Assembly (NCBI GenBank): GCA_965213925.1
Contig: OZ243927.1
Location: 640,001-704,000, forward strand
Length of the DNA: 64,000 nucleotides
Source: Trueperaceae bacterium
GTDB taxonomy: Bacteria; Deinococcota; Deinococci; Deinococcales; Trueperaceae
Direction: 5' to 3'
This document shows, piece after piece, positions 19,833-30,367 of the stretch (positions are counted from its first letter, which is position 1; each line of letters starts with the position of its first letter). The notes beneath the pieces are model-generated. The model was not told the origin of the DNA. It saw nothing but the letters and a program-made list of their open reading frames with translations, and ran no database searches. Both the position numbers and the translations under genes were made by a program.

Positions 19833-20059
19833 CTCAACTTGCACCATAGTTCTGAGGTGCGATGTTCTCGAGAGGTTGACGAATTCGTCAACCTCTTCTC
19901 ATGCCCACGGTAGCGTAGTCAAATTAGCCTCTGTAACCTTTTTAGCATTGACGTCTCGCTTTTAGCGTGAGACACTGGTAAGGCTAAGGAATGGTGGGGT
20001 TCGATGTTCAGGGGAATAGTCAGACTAGTAGTAAGCAGACAGACAGTTAGACGCACGGT

Positions 20060-21324
20060 ATGAGACAACTTATCTTCCGCGTGCCCAGGGGCGAGGGCGA
20101 GCGGGTCGTCGCGGCGGCGGGGCGAACTTGAGCGGGCTCGAGGCGAAAAAGGGCGGGCTCGCTTTAGACCTCGTTTTCGTCTACGTCTCCAACCGCGAAG
20201 TCGAAGGGCTCCTGCGCGACCTCAAGTCGGTTGCGGACCTGCACATCGTTTTGCAGCCCTCCGGTACGCTGCCCTTGCATCCACCTACAGGCAGAGCCGC
20301 GCAGCAAGTTTTGGACATCCAGCCGCTCAGCCCCATTGAGGTCTTTTTGTCGGGCTTGCAGAGCATCGGCGCGTGGACGGGCTTTATCGGCTACGCCGTC
20401 ACCGCCGCCGTGATCGCCTGGATCGGGCTCTATACCAACACGCCCTACTTGCTCGTCGCCGCCATGCTGATCGCGCCTTTAGCCGGACCCGCAACGAACA
20501 CAGCGCTGGCGACGGCGCGGGGTGACCTGCACCTCTTCCGGCGGAGCTTGCTGCGCTATGTGATTGCTCTTTTCATCATCGCGGGCGCGGCGGCGCTTTT
20601 AAACCTCATCTTTGGTCAGCAAGCCGTGACGAGTCAGATGGTCGATATCAGCTCGGTCTCAGTCTTAGCAATTTTGTTGCCGCTCATCGCAGGGGGCGCG
20701 GGGGCGCTAAGCTTGATGCAGTCGGACAACAGCAGCTTGGTTTCGGGCGCGGCGGTGGGGATGCTCGTCGCCGCGTCGCTCGCGCCGCCCACCGCTGTGA
20801 TGGGGATGTCGGCGGCGCTGGGGCGCTGGGAGATGGTCCTGGGCGGGCTCTTCGTCGTGACGCTGCAACTGTTCGGCATCAACTTAGCGGGTTCGCTCGT
20901 CTTCCGGCTCTTCGAAATCTCGGTAGAGGAGCCCTACTTTCAGCGGGGCAACACGCTGCTCTTCCCGATCAATCTGGGCGTTTCTGCGTTGGCGGTTGGC
21001 GCACTGTTTGCCTTTCAACTCACCAGCTCGCCTGAGCTGGTGCGCTCGAGCTTAGCCCAGCGCGTCGCCTATCAAATGGGTCAAGCGGTGGACTCGAGCG
21101 GCGTCGCTCGGTCGGTCGACGTGAGCGCGAGCTTTACCCGCGCCAACATACCCGGTCAAGAGACGCTCTTGGGCATTATCTACGCGCAGCGACGTTCAGG
21201 CGTGTCAGGCGAAAGTGAGATGTTGGAGGCGCAACTCGAGGAGAGCGTCGGACAGCACCTGCAAACGGAATTTTCCGACTTCACTCCGCTCATCAGCGTC
21301 GAACTACTCGAGCCGCCAGAATAG
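20060..21324 (+). pseudogene. DUF389 membrane protein with an apparent frameshift near 20115
   Basis: ATG 20060 frame MRQLIFRVPRGEGERVVAAA stops at TGA 20129-20131; the body (LLVAAMLIAPLAGP, LVAASLAPP) is in another frame ending at 21324. Confidence 0.7.
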
Positions 21325-21338
21325 GTGAAACAAGGTTT

Positions 21339-22412
21339 ATGCAAATTTTATTAGGTATCTTAGGTGTTGTTATCGTGCTCGCAACGCTACTAGACGTGAT
21401 CCAAAACACCCTCTTGCCGCGCGGCGGCGGGCTCTTCTCGGGGCGGATTTCTAACTTTATCTGGCGCGGCGCGCTGTGGCTGCACCGCCGCCGTCCATCC
21501 CATCAGGTGCTCTCGAGGATGGGTGTGGTGGTCTTGCTCAGCGTGGTCGTCTCCTGGGCCGTGCTCCTCTTGCTCGGCTGGACGCTGATTTTTAGCGCCA
21601 GCTTGCCCGCCGTCGTGGAGAGCCCGGTCGGGACGCCCGCCGACCTCTGGGCGCGGATTTACTTCACGGGCTACACGCTCATCACGCTGGGTCTGGGCGA
21701 CTACAAGCCGCAGGGTGCCTTGTGGCAAGTGCTCACGGTCGTCGCCTCCTCGACGGGTTTCTTTTTAGCGACGCTCGCCATCACCTACCTGCTCTCGGTG
21801 ATTTCGGCGGCGGTGCAAGACCGGGGGATGGCTCTGTACATCTCGAGCCTCGGCAAATCCCCCCACGACATCTTGAAGCGAACTTGGAACGGTGAGGATT
21901 GTAGCGATCTGACCGAGCATCTCGCCAGCTTGATGGAACTCATCGGCACGAGCAGCCAGCAGCACCTGGCGTACCCTATCGTCCACTACTTCCACTCGAC
22001 GAGCCGCAGCACCTCATCTTCGTTGCAGATCGCCTCGCTCGACCAGGCGCTAGGCTATCTGGAGCACGGCTTAACGGGCGGCTGCGAGGACGCCGCGAGG
22101 AAGATGCGCCCCCTGCAAGAGACGATCAGCGAGTATCTGGAGACGCTCGAGGTCGCCTTTATCGACGCCGCCGAGAACGCGCCCGACGTTCCCCCGGTTG
22201 GAGAACTGCGCGAGCACGGTTTTCAAACGGTGGACGAGGGGGAGTTCAGCGAGGCGTTAGAACGCTTTTCGGGGCGGCGCAGACTGCTCCTGTCACTCGT
22301 CGAGAAGGACGGCTGGATGTGGGATGAGGTGTGGGAGGAGAGCGACAAAGATTCGCCGCCCGACGACGAGGTTGACGACAACGAGGACATTAAAAAGGAT
22401 ATTGATGACTAA
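21339..22412 (+). CDS. potassium/ion channel-family (two-TM pore) protein
   Basis: YFTGYTLITLGLGD pore-like motif; HLAYPIVHYFH. Confidence 0.8.
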   Translation: MQILLGILGVVIVLATLLDVIQNTLLPRGGGLFSGRISNFIWRGALWLHRRRPSHQVLSRMGVVVLLSVVVSWAVLLLLGWTLIFSASLPAVVESPVGTPADLWARIYFTGYTLITLGLGDYKPQGALWQVLTVVASSTGFFLATLAITYLLSVISAAVQDRGMALYISSLGKSPHDILKRTWNGEDCSDLTEHLASLMELIGTSSQQHLAYPIVHYFHSTSRSTSSSLQIASLDQALGYLEHGLTGGCEDAARKMRPLQETISEYLETLEVAFIDAAENAPDVPPVGELREHGFQTVDEGEFSEALERFSGRRRLLLSLVEKDGWMWDEVWEESDKDSPPDDEVDDNEDIKKDIDD

Positions 22413-22881
22413 AGTGCTGAGGGTATTTTTTGGATTGTTCGGACTTCTTGTATGGAGCGGCGCAGCGGCGCAAGGGGTTTTGTCCCTCACGCAGAGGGCA
22501 CCCCTCGAGCTGGAGGCTTTTTCCGCAACAACAAACGGCGCGAGCGTCGAGATTGCCGTTGCTCTAACGAATACGAGTGACGAGAACCGAGTTGTGGGGG
22601 TGGCGGTAGGTGTCGTGATGGTTGACGCCTTTAACGACGTGATCGCGGTGGAGTACGGGCGTTGGACGGATGATCTGAGCACGCTAGCACCAGGAGAAAG
22701 TGCAGAGGTGACGGACAGCTTTGTCGAAACGCGGGCGGATGAGCTGTTCTCGAGCGCCCCTTTCGTCTACGCCGCGCGCTTCGAAGATGGTCAGGTCTGG
22801 AAGCAGGACTTGAGCGGTATAGCGACGGAGCTGCTGGGCCGCTTTGAGGTTGCGGTGTCCTCAGAAACCCTGCAGCCGTGA
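22405..22881 (+). CDS. hypothetical secreted protein
   Basis: Signal peptide MTKVLRVFFGLFGLLVWSGAAAQ; start overlaps the upstream stop. Confidence 0.7.
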   Translation: MTKVLRVFFGLFGLLVWSGAAAQGVLSLTQRAPLELEAFSATTNGASVEIAVALTNTSDENRVVGVAVGVVMVDAFNDVIAVEYGRWTDDLSTLAPGESAEVTDSFVETRADELFSSAPFVYAARFEDGQVWKQDLSGIATELLGRFEVAVSSETLQP

Positions 22882-23101
22882 CTGTTAGCACGTCTAAAAT
22901 AGACTAAGTCGGAGTGCCGCAGATTTCAGCTCGCAGACCGGTCCCGCTCTCAGGTAAAACCTAGCGGGACAGCTTCGCTTGAGAACGGAACCTCATCTCC
23001 AAATGTACGTGCTAGTTATCGTTCATCCGTCCCTTCGGGAAACTTCGTAACGAAAGGGGACGAAGTTTTCGCAGGGCGAAACAGTGTTCTTTATAGTGAG
23101 A

Positions 23102-23165
23102 GCGTTGCTTCCAGTCAAGCTGGTACACGCTAGTTCTTGTGAAGCAAACGAACGGTCGCAGAACT
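23102..23165. repeat. intergenic repeat family 2 (CCAGTCAAGCTGG...ACGAACGGTCGCAGAACT)
   Basis: Related copies at 24269-24330 and, inverted, at 33509-33548. Confidence 0.75.
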
Positions 23166-23174
23166 CCGTACACC

Positions 23175-23230
23175 GTGACCAGATGCTACCTGCTATATCA
23201 TTGTGACCAGATGCTACCTGCTATATCATT
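23175..23230. repeat. perfect 28-bp tandem duplication
   Basis: GTGACCAGATGCTACCTGCTATATCATT x2. Confidence 0.95.
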
Positions 23231-23381
23231 AAGAATGAGAGGTTCGGCTTGTGTGCTCGCCCCTAGTATCTCTAAGTAAAGTTTGCTTCCATAATTGCAA
23301 CGATGTGTGCCTAGTCACACACAATATTCTAACTGAAGAGTTACATCGCCTACACCGTCACCGAGAAAGAGGGGGTCACAG

Positions 23382-24257
23382 ATGAAAGCAACTTGGAACC
23401 TACTCACCCAGACTGCGTCGGAGTGGAGCGACGACAAGGCGTCGATGCTCGCCGCCGCGCTCGCGTACTACACGATCTTCGCGCTCGCGCCGCTGCTCGT
23501 GCTGGTCATCTCGATCGCGAGCCTCGTCTTTAGCGGGGCGGAAGCGCAGCAGACGCTTTTGACCCAAATCGAGCAGACCGTCGGACCGCAGGCGGCAGGC
23601 ATCGTACAGACGATGATCAGCAACCAGGGCGGGCAAAGCTCGGGCATCATCGCCACCATCATCGGCTTTGCGACGCTGGCGGTTGGTGCGACGGGCGTCT
23701 TCGCGCAGCTTCAGAGCGCCCTGAACCAAATCTGGGAAGTCGAGCCGAAACCCGACACAGGCATTTTACACATGGTCAAGATTCGGGCGACGGCGCTCGG
23801 TCTGGTGTTGGTCATCGGCTTTTTGCTGCTCGTCTCGCTCGTGCTCAGCTCGCTACTCAATGCGTTCGGCGGCTTTTTGAGCAGCACCTTGCCGGGCGGG
23901 GCGGTCCTCTGGCAGATTCTCAATTTCGCGCTCTCGCTCTTTGTCATCGCGCTGCTGTTTGCGCTGATCTTCAAATACCTGCCCGATGTAAAGGTGGCGT
24001 GGGGCGACGTGTGGGTGGGCGCGTTCGTGACTGCGCTGCTGTTCGGACTCGGCAGGTTCGCCATCAGTTTTTACATCAGTAGCAGCTCGACCGCTTCGAC
24101 GTACGGCGCGGCGGGCTCCTTGATCGTGTTGCTCCTCTGGATTTACTACTCAGCGCAAATTTTGCTCTTCGGCGCGGAGTTCACACAGGTCTACGGGCGG
24201 CGCTTCGGCTCGGGCATCAAGCCGGACGAACACGCCATGCGTCCTTCGGAGGCGTAA
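23382..24257 (+). CDS. YihY/virulence factor BrkB family protein, copy 1
   Basis: AAALAYY, FKYLPD, YGAAGSLIVLLLWIYYSAQILLFGAEF. Confidence 0.92.
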   Translation: MKATWNLLTQTASEWSDDKASMLAAALAYYTIFALAPLLVLVISIASLVFSGAEAQQTLLTQIEQTVGPQAAGIVQTMISNQGGQSSGIIATIIGFATLAVGATGVFAQLQSALNQIWEVEPKPDTGILHMVKIRATALGLVLVIGFLLLVSLVLSSLLNAFGGFLSSTLPGGAVLWQILNFALSLFVIALLFALIFKYLPDVKVAWGDVWVGAFVTALLFGLGRFAISFYISSSSTASTYGAAGSLIVLLLWIYYSAQILLFGAEFTQVYGRRFGSGIKPDEHAMRPSEA

Positions 24258-24445
24258 AAAGATAGCAATCCAGTCAAGCTGGTTACGCAGTCGCCCGCAG
24301 GGAACGAACGGTCTTGCGAAGCAAACGGTACGGTGAGCAATGAATGAAACCCTTTAGACTCATTGCTCGTTGCTTTTTAACTCATTGCTCTTAATCAACC
24401 GCCCTCGAGACCTAACCACGTTATTTCGTAGGGCATAATCAACTT

Positions 24446-25369
24446 ATGAAAACTGTCTGGAGCCTTCTCAAGCAGACCGTCACCGAGTGGAACGAAGATC
24501 AGGCGACGGTCTTGGCGGCGGCGCTCGCGTACTACACTATCTTCGCCCTCGCGCCTACGCTCATCATCGTCGTGGCGGTGGCGGGGCTCGTGTTCGGGCA
24601 AGGGGAGGCGCAACAAGCGCTTTTAGACCAGGTGACGGAGGCGGTAGGGAGCGATGTGGCGGGGGTGCTGGGTACGCTGCTCCAAAACACCGCGCAGTCG
24701 GGCTCGGGCATCCTCGCGACGGTGATCGGCGTGGCGCTCCTCGTCTTCGGGGCGACCGGGCTTTTCGCGCAGCTTCAAAACGCGCTCAACAGGGTGTGGG
24801 GTGTGAAGCCCAACCCGTCGGCAGGCATCATGAACATCCTTAGAACGCGCGTTCTCTCGCTCGGGATGGTTCTGGTGATCGGCTTTTTGCTCCTCGTCTC
24901 GCTGCTGCTGAGCGCCGCACTCAACGTGGTCAACAATTATTTCAGCGATCTACTTCTGCTCCCCGGCGAAGAAACCTTCTGGCAAGTCATGAACTTCGCG
25001 CTCTCCACCGCCGTGATCACCCTTCTCTTCGCGATGATCTTCAAGTACCTGCCCGACGTACAGATCGCGTGGCGCGATGTGTGGGTAGGGGCGCTCGTCA
25101 CCTCTCTGCTCTTTTCGCTCGGTAAGTTCTTGATCAGCTACTACATCGGCACGAGTTCGGCAGCCTCCACGTATGGCGCGGCGGGCTCGCTTATCGTCCT
25201 CCTCTTGTGGATTTACTACTCCGCGCAAATTCTGCTCTTCGGCGCGGAGTTCACACAGGTGTACGGGCGGCGTTTCGGCTCGGGCATCAAGCCTGCCGAG
25301 TACGCGGTGCGCTCGGTGGCAGCTAGTGGGAAGAGTAAGGAGGAGCGAGAAACGAGCAATGAGCAATGA
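24446..25369 (+). CDS. YihY/virulence factor BrkB family protein, copy 2
   Basis: Same motifs; tandem paralog. Confidence 0.92.
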   Translation: MKTVWSLLKQTVTEWNEDQATVLAAALAYYTIFALAPTLIIVVAVAGLVFGQGEAQQALLDQVTEAVGSDVAGVLGTLLQNTAQSGSGILATVIGVALLVFGATGLFAQLQNALNRVWGVKPNPSAGIMNILRTRVLSLGMVLVIGFLLLVSLLLSAALNVVNNYFSDLLLLPGEETFWQVMNFALSTAVITLLFAMIFKYLPDVQIAWRDVWVGALVTSLLFSLGKFLISYYIGTSSAASTYGAAGSLIVLLLWIYYSAQILLFGAEFTQVYGRRFGSGIKPAEYAVRSVAASGKSKEERETSNEQ

Positions 25370-25445
25370 GTCTTTGGATTCATTGCTCTGGCTCAACCTC
25401 TTCAACACACAATCAACCTTCTTAGGCGAGAGAGTGCACGGCGTA

Positions 25446-25473
25446 GTAGGGGCAATTCATGAATTGCCCCTAC
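25446..25473. repeat. GTAG-type REP palindrome
   Basis: GTAGGGGCAATTCATGAATTGCCCCTAC; identical copy at 32588-32615. Confidence 0.85.
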
Positions 25474-25632
25474 TGCATTTGCCTTCTTCTGTGACTTTTC
25501 CAGCGAGGTCTACCACTATTAGTAGACCTCTTATTAGTAGAACTCTCGAGACACAATCTTACAGTTTCATGAAGCGTCAGCATCAAGTCGCGTGACGCAG
25601 TTCCGCCGTTCTATCCGCGTCATACTGAACGT

Positions 25633-26628
25633 ATGGAATTCAAAACAGTCGTGGTTGGCGCGGGCATCGCAGGGTTGACGGCAGCGAGGGCTTTAGAGGA
25701 AGCAGGTCAAGAGGTCCTCGTTCTGGAGAAAAGTCGCGGTTTGAGCGGACGCGCCGCTACACGCAGGTTGCATCATCACGGAGTAGAGCACAAGGTGGAC
25801 CACGGCGCACAGTACTTCACCGTTCGGGACGAGCGCTTTCAAACGCAGGCGGATAGGTGGTTGGGGCAAGGTCACGCGGCGATCTGGTCAGAGGGCTTTC
25901 ACGCGCTTACGAGTGAGGGGTTGGAGGCTCCTTCAAGCGGGCACCCGCGCTATATTTTTCCTGACGGGATGAACTCGGTAGGTAAGCTATTGGGGGAGGA
26001 ACTCGAGATACGTACCGAAACCCGAGTTGAACGTCTGCTAAGAGGTGATAGGGGGTGGCGGCTCGAGCTAACTACCGGCGAAACTTTAGACGCCGAGCGC
26101 GTTTTAGTCAACGTCCCTGCTCCCCAAGCCTTGGAGCTGTGCCGCGACGCTGAGCTGTCCTCGGAGACAACGAACGCGCTACAAGAGGTCAAGTTTGCGC
26201 CTTGCTGGACGCTGATGGCAGGGTATCCAAAGCGTGACCTCTCGTGGCGCGGCGTCATGATCAAAGACGAAGAGGTCTCCCGAACGCTTGCGATAGTCGT
26301 CCGTAACAGCAGTAAACGGGGTGCTGAGGGTGACGAGACGGTGCTCGTCATCAACGGCAGTCCCGACTTTTCAGCCGAACATTTAGAAGACAGTCAAGAG
26401 GTCGTTAAAGAAAAGATGCTCGCAGCAGCGACGGCGTTAGGCGACTGGCTCGCCAACCCTAACTGGACGGACATGCAGCGCTGGCGCTACTCGATGGTGA
26501 CAGAACCCTACGAGGAACGCTATCTGAAAGAGGACGACTCGCTCCTTTTCTGTGGCGACTGGTGCGGCGGGGCGAAAGTGGAGGCGGCGTATCTGTCGGG
26601 GCTCGAGCTGGGTCAGGCGCTGACTTGA
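25633..26628 (+). CDS. renalase-like NAD(P)/FAD-dependent oxidoreductase
   Basis: GAGIAG, EKSRGLSGR, DHGAQYFT, RWRYS, CGDW, VEAAYLSG. Confidence 0.9.
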   Translation: MEFKTVVVGAGIAGLTAARALEEAGQEVLVLEKSRGLSGRAATRRLHHHGVEHKVDHGAQYFTVRDERFQTQADRWLGQGHAAIWSEGFHALTSEGLEAPSSGHPRYIFPDGMNSVGKLLGEELEIRTETRVERLLRGDRGWRLELTTGETLDAERVLVNVPAPQALELCRDAELSSETTNALQEVKFAPCWTLMAGYPKRDLSWRGVMIKDEEVSRTLAIVVRNSSKRGAEGDETVLVINGSPDFSAEHLEDSQEVVKEKMLAAATALGDWLANPNWTDMQRWRYSMVTEPYEERYLKEDDSLLFCGDWCGGAKVEAAYLSGLELGQALT

Positions 26629-27054
26629 CAGTGAAGGCGAACGAGAGGGTGGGTGTTCTTGGAGGTGTCCCGTTTTGTGTGTACGCGAAGAGCGTCTCTC
26701 ACGGCTCTTGCGTTACTGCGTGCACAAAACGTGGTACACCGCCTGGAGGATGCATCCAACCTCTCTCTCCCTGCGTATCTTCTGATAACACGCTTTAACA
26801 CCTCCCTACACACCCACTTAGAGCGTGGTACCCCGCTCCCTACTTCCTAGCGACCTCTTCCGCAACGTCTTACGTCTATCTGGAGCGGGGTTTTCTATGT
26901 TTTGCCACGGACTTCCTGATGACCTCTTCTCCGCTGATGCGATCCGAACATTTTGCGGCTCGTCCGTCGCGAAAACTCCCTTTTGCACCTCTCTAACGCC
27001 CTATACTAAGAAGTATGGACGCACTTATTTGGACCTATTCAGCTCAGGTGAACG

Positions 27055-27690
27055 GTGCTTGACGCGCTCTTTAACGTGACTACGCGCCCGGTCAGCTTCT
27101 TTCGTGAACTGGCAGAAGGCGAAAAGGTGGGCGGTGCGATTTGGACCGTGCTGCTCGTGTCGCTTGTGTCGGCGGCGGCGAGTTACTTTCTCGGGCTGCC
27201 CTTTCAGGAGGCGCTCGCTAGCGCACCTTTCGCCGCGCTGACACCAATTATCACGGCGGTAGCAGGCTTCTTCACACCTCTTATCACGTGGCTCTTTTAT
27301 GGGCTCTTGGTGCGCATCGGCGCGGGAATGGAGGCGAAGCCGTGGGCGGTGGCGGGCTACGCGCTCGCGCCCCAACTCGTACTCAGCGCGTTGCTTTTAA
27401 TCATCGTCATCATGTTTCCGATCGAAATTACACCTATCGACATCGACGTGAGTGACGAGGTGGCATCTGAAGCGGCGAACGCGCGGGTGCAGCAGGAGAT
27501 CGCCTCGAGCGTCGCCGGACGCGCCGGGCAGCTCATCGGCTACGTGGGCACGCTCTGGTGGATCGTCCTCATCTTTTTGGGCGTGCGCGAGACAGCCAAT
27601 CAGCAGCAAGCGATTCGGGCGACGTTTCTCGTCGGGATGGTGGCGGTCAGCTTCGCAGTCGGCTCGTTTATCTTCGCGCCTTCTTCATAA
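27055..27690 (+). CDS. Yip1-family membrane protein
   Basis: RPVSFFRELA plus about 5 TM helices; upstream of the efflux genes. Confidence 0.75.
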   Translation: MLDALFNVTTRPVSFFRELAEGEKVGGAIWTVLLVSLVSAAASYFLGLPFQEALASAPFAALTPIITAVAGFFTPLITWLFYGLLVRIGAGMEAKPWAVAGYALAPQLVLSALLLIIVIMFPIEITPIDIDVSDEVASEAANARVQQEIASSVAGRAGQLIGYVGTLWWIVLIFLGVRETANQQQAIRATFLVGMVAVSFAVGSFIFAPSS

Positions 27691-27712
27691 TGTTGCCGCA
27701 TAATTGTGAGCC

Positions 27713-28780
27713 ATGCTGAATGAGACGGTTGCTGTGCTCGCACTGCTGATATCCCCTATGAGCGTGTTCGGATTTGCGGCGGCGCAGACCTCATCCGCGG
27801 AAGCGGCACAGACGCTGAGTTTAGTGGATGTGACGGAGATCGCTCCCGAACTGGACGCCGACGTGATCACGGCGCGCGCCGACTTAGCGGCTGCCGAGCG
27901 CGAACTGAGGCGCGTGATAGGAGACCCGCTCGCCTTGCGCTTGTCGCGTTTGGAGGCGGAGCAGCGGGTGGCGAGTGAGCAAGCTGACCTGACCTCAGCG
28001 CGGTCAGGCGCGGAGCGAGACGCTGCGGGTCGCTATTTTGACGCACTCGAGGCGGACGACGCCTTAGACCTCGCGAGGGCGCGACGTGGCATCGCCCGAA
28101 CGACGGCGCAAGCGACGCGAATCCGCTTCGACGCAGGGCAACTCGGACAGCTCGAGCTGTCCCGCGCCCAGAACGACCTCTCCGCCGCCGAGCGCGAGGT
28201 GGCGAGCGCCGAGCAGAGGCGGACGTTCGCGTACGGCGAGTTGGCGAGCTTGCTGGGGCGAGAGGTCGACGCGTTGCGGCTCCTCGCGCCTTTCGCGCCG
28301 CCGCCCATCCCACCTTTAGAAGAGGTGCTAGGACGTCTGGACGAGAACGCGGCGTTGCAGCGCGCGGAGCAAGCGGTGGAGGTGGCGGAGGTGAGGCTCG
28401 AGCTAGCGGACAGTGCCTACAGCCCCCAACGCGACATCGAAGCGGCGGAGGACGCGCTCGCGAGCGCCCGGACGCAGCGCCGCGAGTTGCGCCGCAGCTT
28501 AAACCTCTCGGTGCGCGGCGCGTACAACGCGGCGTTAGCGGCTCGAGATGCCTATCAGAACGCCCAGGCAGCGTTGCAGAGCGCGGAGGATGAGTTGGAG
28601 GCACAGAGGTTTCGCTTCGAGGCAGGCGACGTGTCCCGCCTGACCTTAGCCGAGTCGGAGCGGAGCGTCGCGGAAAGCGCGGCGGCGCGGCGAAGTGCGC
28701 AGTATGCGCTCACTGAGGCGGTGACGCAACTAGACTTAGTCGTGCAGGGAAGCGTGAGCAGTGAGGTGCAGAGTGAGTAA
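27713..28780 (+). CDS. TolC-like outer-membrane efflux protein
   Basis: Signal peptide, repeated RFDAG/RFEAG helical motifs. Confidence 0.75.
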   Translation: MLNETVAVLALLISPMSVFGFAAAQTSSAEAAQTLSLVDVTEIAPELDADVITARADLAAAERELRRVIGDPLALRLSRLEAEQRVASEQADLTSARSGAERDAAGRYFDALEADDALDLARARRGIARTTAQATRIRFDAGQLGQLELSRAQNDLSAAEREVASAEQRRTFAYGELASLLGREVDALRLLAPFAPPPIPPLEEVLGRLDENAALQRAEQAVEVAEVRLELADSAYSPQRDIEAAEDALASARTQRRELRRSLNLSVRGAYNAALAARDAYQNAQAALQSAEDELEAQRFRFEAGDVSRLTLAESERSVAESAAARRSAQYALTEAVTQLDLVVQGSVSSEVQSE

Positions 28781-28972
28781 TCGCGTGGTGATAGCATTTC
28801 CAAAACGTACTGAGACAAAGGGGCGCAGATATCATCTCAAAATGTGCGTGCTGCTTACGCAGTTTTCCAATTACGAAGTTTCCCGCAGGGAAGGAAACGA
28901 TGTTCTAAAAAGCGAGAGTATTTCAAACCAGATGATGCCTGCTATAAGTAGTCATGCGAAGAGGAATGAACG

Positions 28973-30367
28973 ATGGCAGACGCAGTAAGTACATCCACCG
29001 GAGACACAACCCCAAAGCCTCGCCGCCGCTGGGGACGCTGGCTCATTCTCATTGTCCTCGTCGTAGCGGGCGCGGCGGGCGTCTACGGCTTTTTGCAACG
29101 CGGCGACGGCGCGACAGGTCAGCGCACGTTGGTCGAGCGTGTAGAACGCGACGCCTTCGTGCGCGATGTATCGGGGACGGGCACCGTCGAGGCGGCGCAG
29201 ACGCGCACACTCACTTTCGGATCAGTCGGTACAGTGGCAGAACTGAACGTCTCCGAGGGGGACGAAGTGGAGGCGGGCGCAGTGCTCGCCCGCTTGGACA
29301 CGGCGGCCTTGGAGCGCGACTTAGCCTCGAGCCAAGCCAACCTCCAGAGCGCCCAAGCGGAAGCGCAGCGCGTGACGGCGCAAGAGGAGGCGGACAGGCT
29401 GGACGCCTCGAGCGGTACCGCGAGCGCCCAGGACACCCTCGCTAACGCCGAGCAAACCCTGCGCAACGCGCAGCAAAAGCTCGTCACGACGGAGCGTTTA
29501 GCGGAGACGGGGGCGGTCTCGAGCAACGAACTTCAGGCTGATAGGGACGCCGTCGCTCAAGCAGAGCGCGCTGTAAGCCAAGCGCAAATTGCCCTCCAAT
29601 CCGCCGAGTCGCGGCAGGGCAACTTTGACCAGCTCGCCGCCGCGCAGCGTGCGAGCAGCTTGGCGAACGTGGCGTCTTTGGAGACTGGCGTCGCCAACTT
29701 GCAGTCGCAACTGGATGAGGCGCAACTCACCGCACCCTTCGCGGGCACAGTCAGCCGCATCGACTTTGACGCGGGCGACCAGGTGGCGGCAGGTCAGGGT
29801 GGCGTCCAGATGGTGGACACCTCGTCGCTCTTCGTCGAGGCGCGTTTTGACGAAAACCGCGCGTTGGAACTGCAACGCGGTCAAAGCGCCACCATCGCCC
29901 CCGACGCCGACCCCGAAAGTCGCATCCCTGCCACCGTCGTGCGCGTCAACCCCGTTGCCACCCGCGACGAAGTGGTGGGGCAGAGCACGGGGCAGGGCAC
30001 CGCTCAAGTCGTCGCCCGGCTCGAGTTCGCCGACGAGACGAGTGACCTCTTGGCGCGCGGGCTCATTCGCCCCGGCTACACGGTGACGGCTCGCGTGGAC
30101 GTCAACCGCCTCGAGGACGCGCTGCTCATCCCTTTAGAAGCCATTAGCGAGGACGAGGGCGAGCGATACGTCTACAAGGTCAACCAGAGCGAAGAGGGGC
30201 AGGGGACGGCGCAGCGTGCGGTCATCGACGTGTTAGACAGCAACGCGACGGTCGCGGCGGCAGAGAGTAATAACTTACAAGAGAACGACCTCATCGCGCT
30301 CACCAATTTAGAGGACATCGAAGACGAAGGCGCGGTGCAGTACGACCCGTTGGAGGATGAGCGGTGA
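28973..30367 (+). CDS. efflux periplasmic adaptor (HlyD/MFP)
   Basis: N-terminal TM, VSEGDEVEAGAVLARLD, coiled coil, LTAPFAGTV. Confidence 0.88.
   Translation: MADAVSTSTGDTTPKPRRRWGRWLILIVLVVAGAAGVYGFLQRGDGATGQRTLVERVERDAFVRDVSGTGTVEAAQTRTLTFGSVGTVAELNVSEGDEVEAGAVLARLDTAALERDLASSQANLQSAQAEAQRVTAQEEADRLDASSGTASAQDTLANAEQTLRNAQQKLVTTERLAETGAVSSNELQADRDAVAQAERAVSQAQIALQSAESRQGNFDQLAAAQRASSLANVASLETGVANLQSQLDEAQLTAPFAGTVSRIDFDAGDQVAAGQGGVQMVDTSSLFVEARFDENRALELQRGQSATIAPDADPESRIPATVVRVNPVATRDEVVGQSTGQGTAQVVARLEFADETSDLLARGLIRPGYTVTARVDVNRLEDALLIPLEAISEDEGERYVYKVNQSEEGQGTAQRAVIDVLDSNATVAAAESNNLQENDLIALTNLEDIEDEGAVQYDPLEDER

Noticed and set aside
23175..23230. CRISPR array
   Set aside because: Only two adjacent 28-bp copies, with no spacer and no cas genes.
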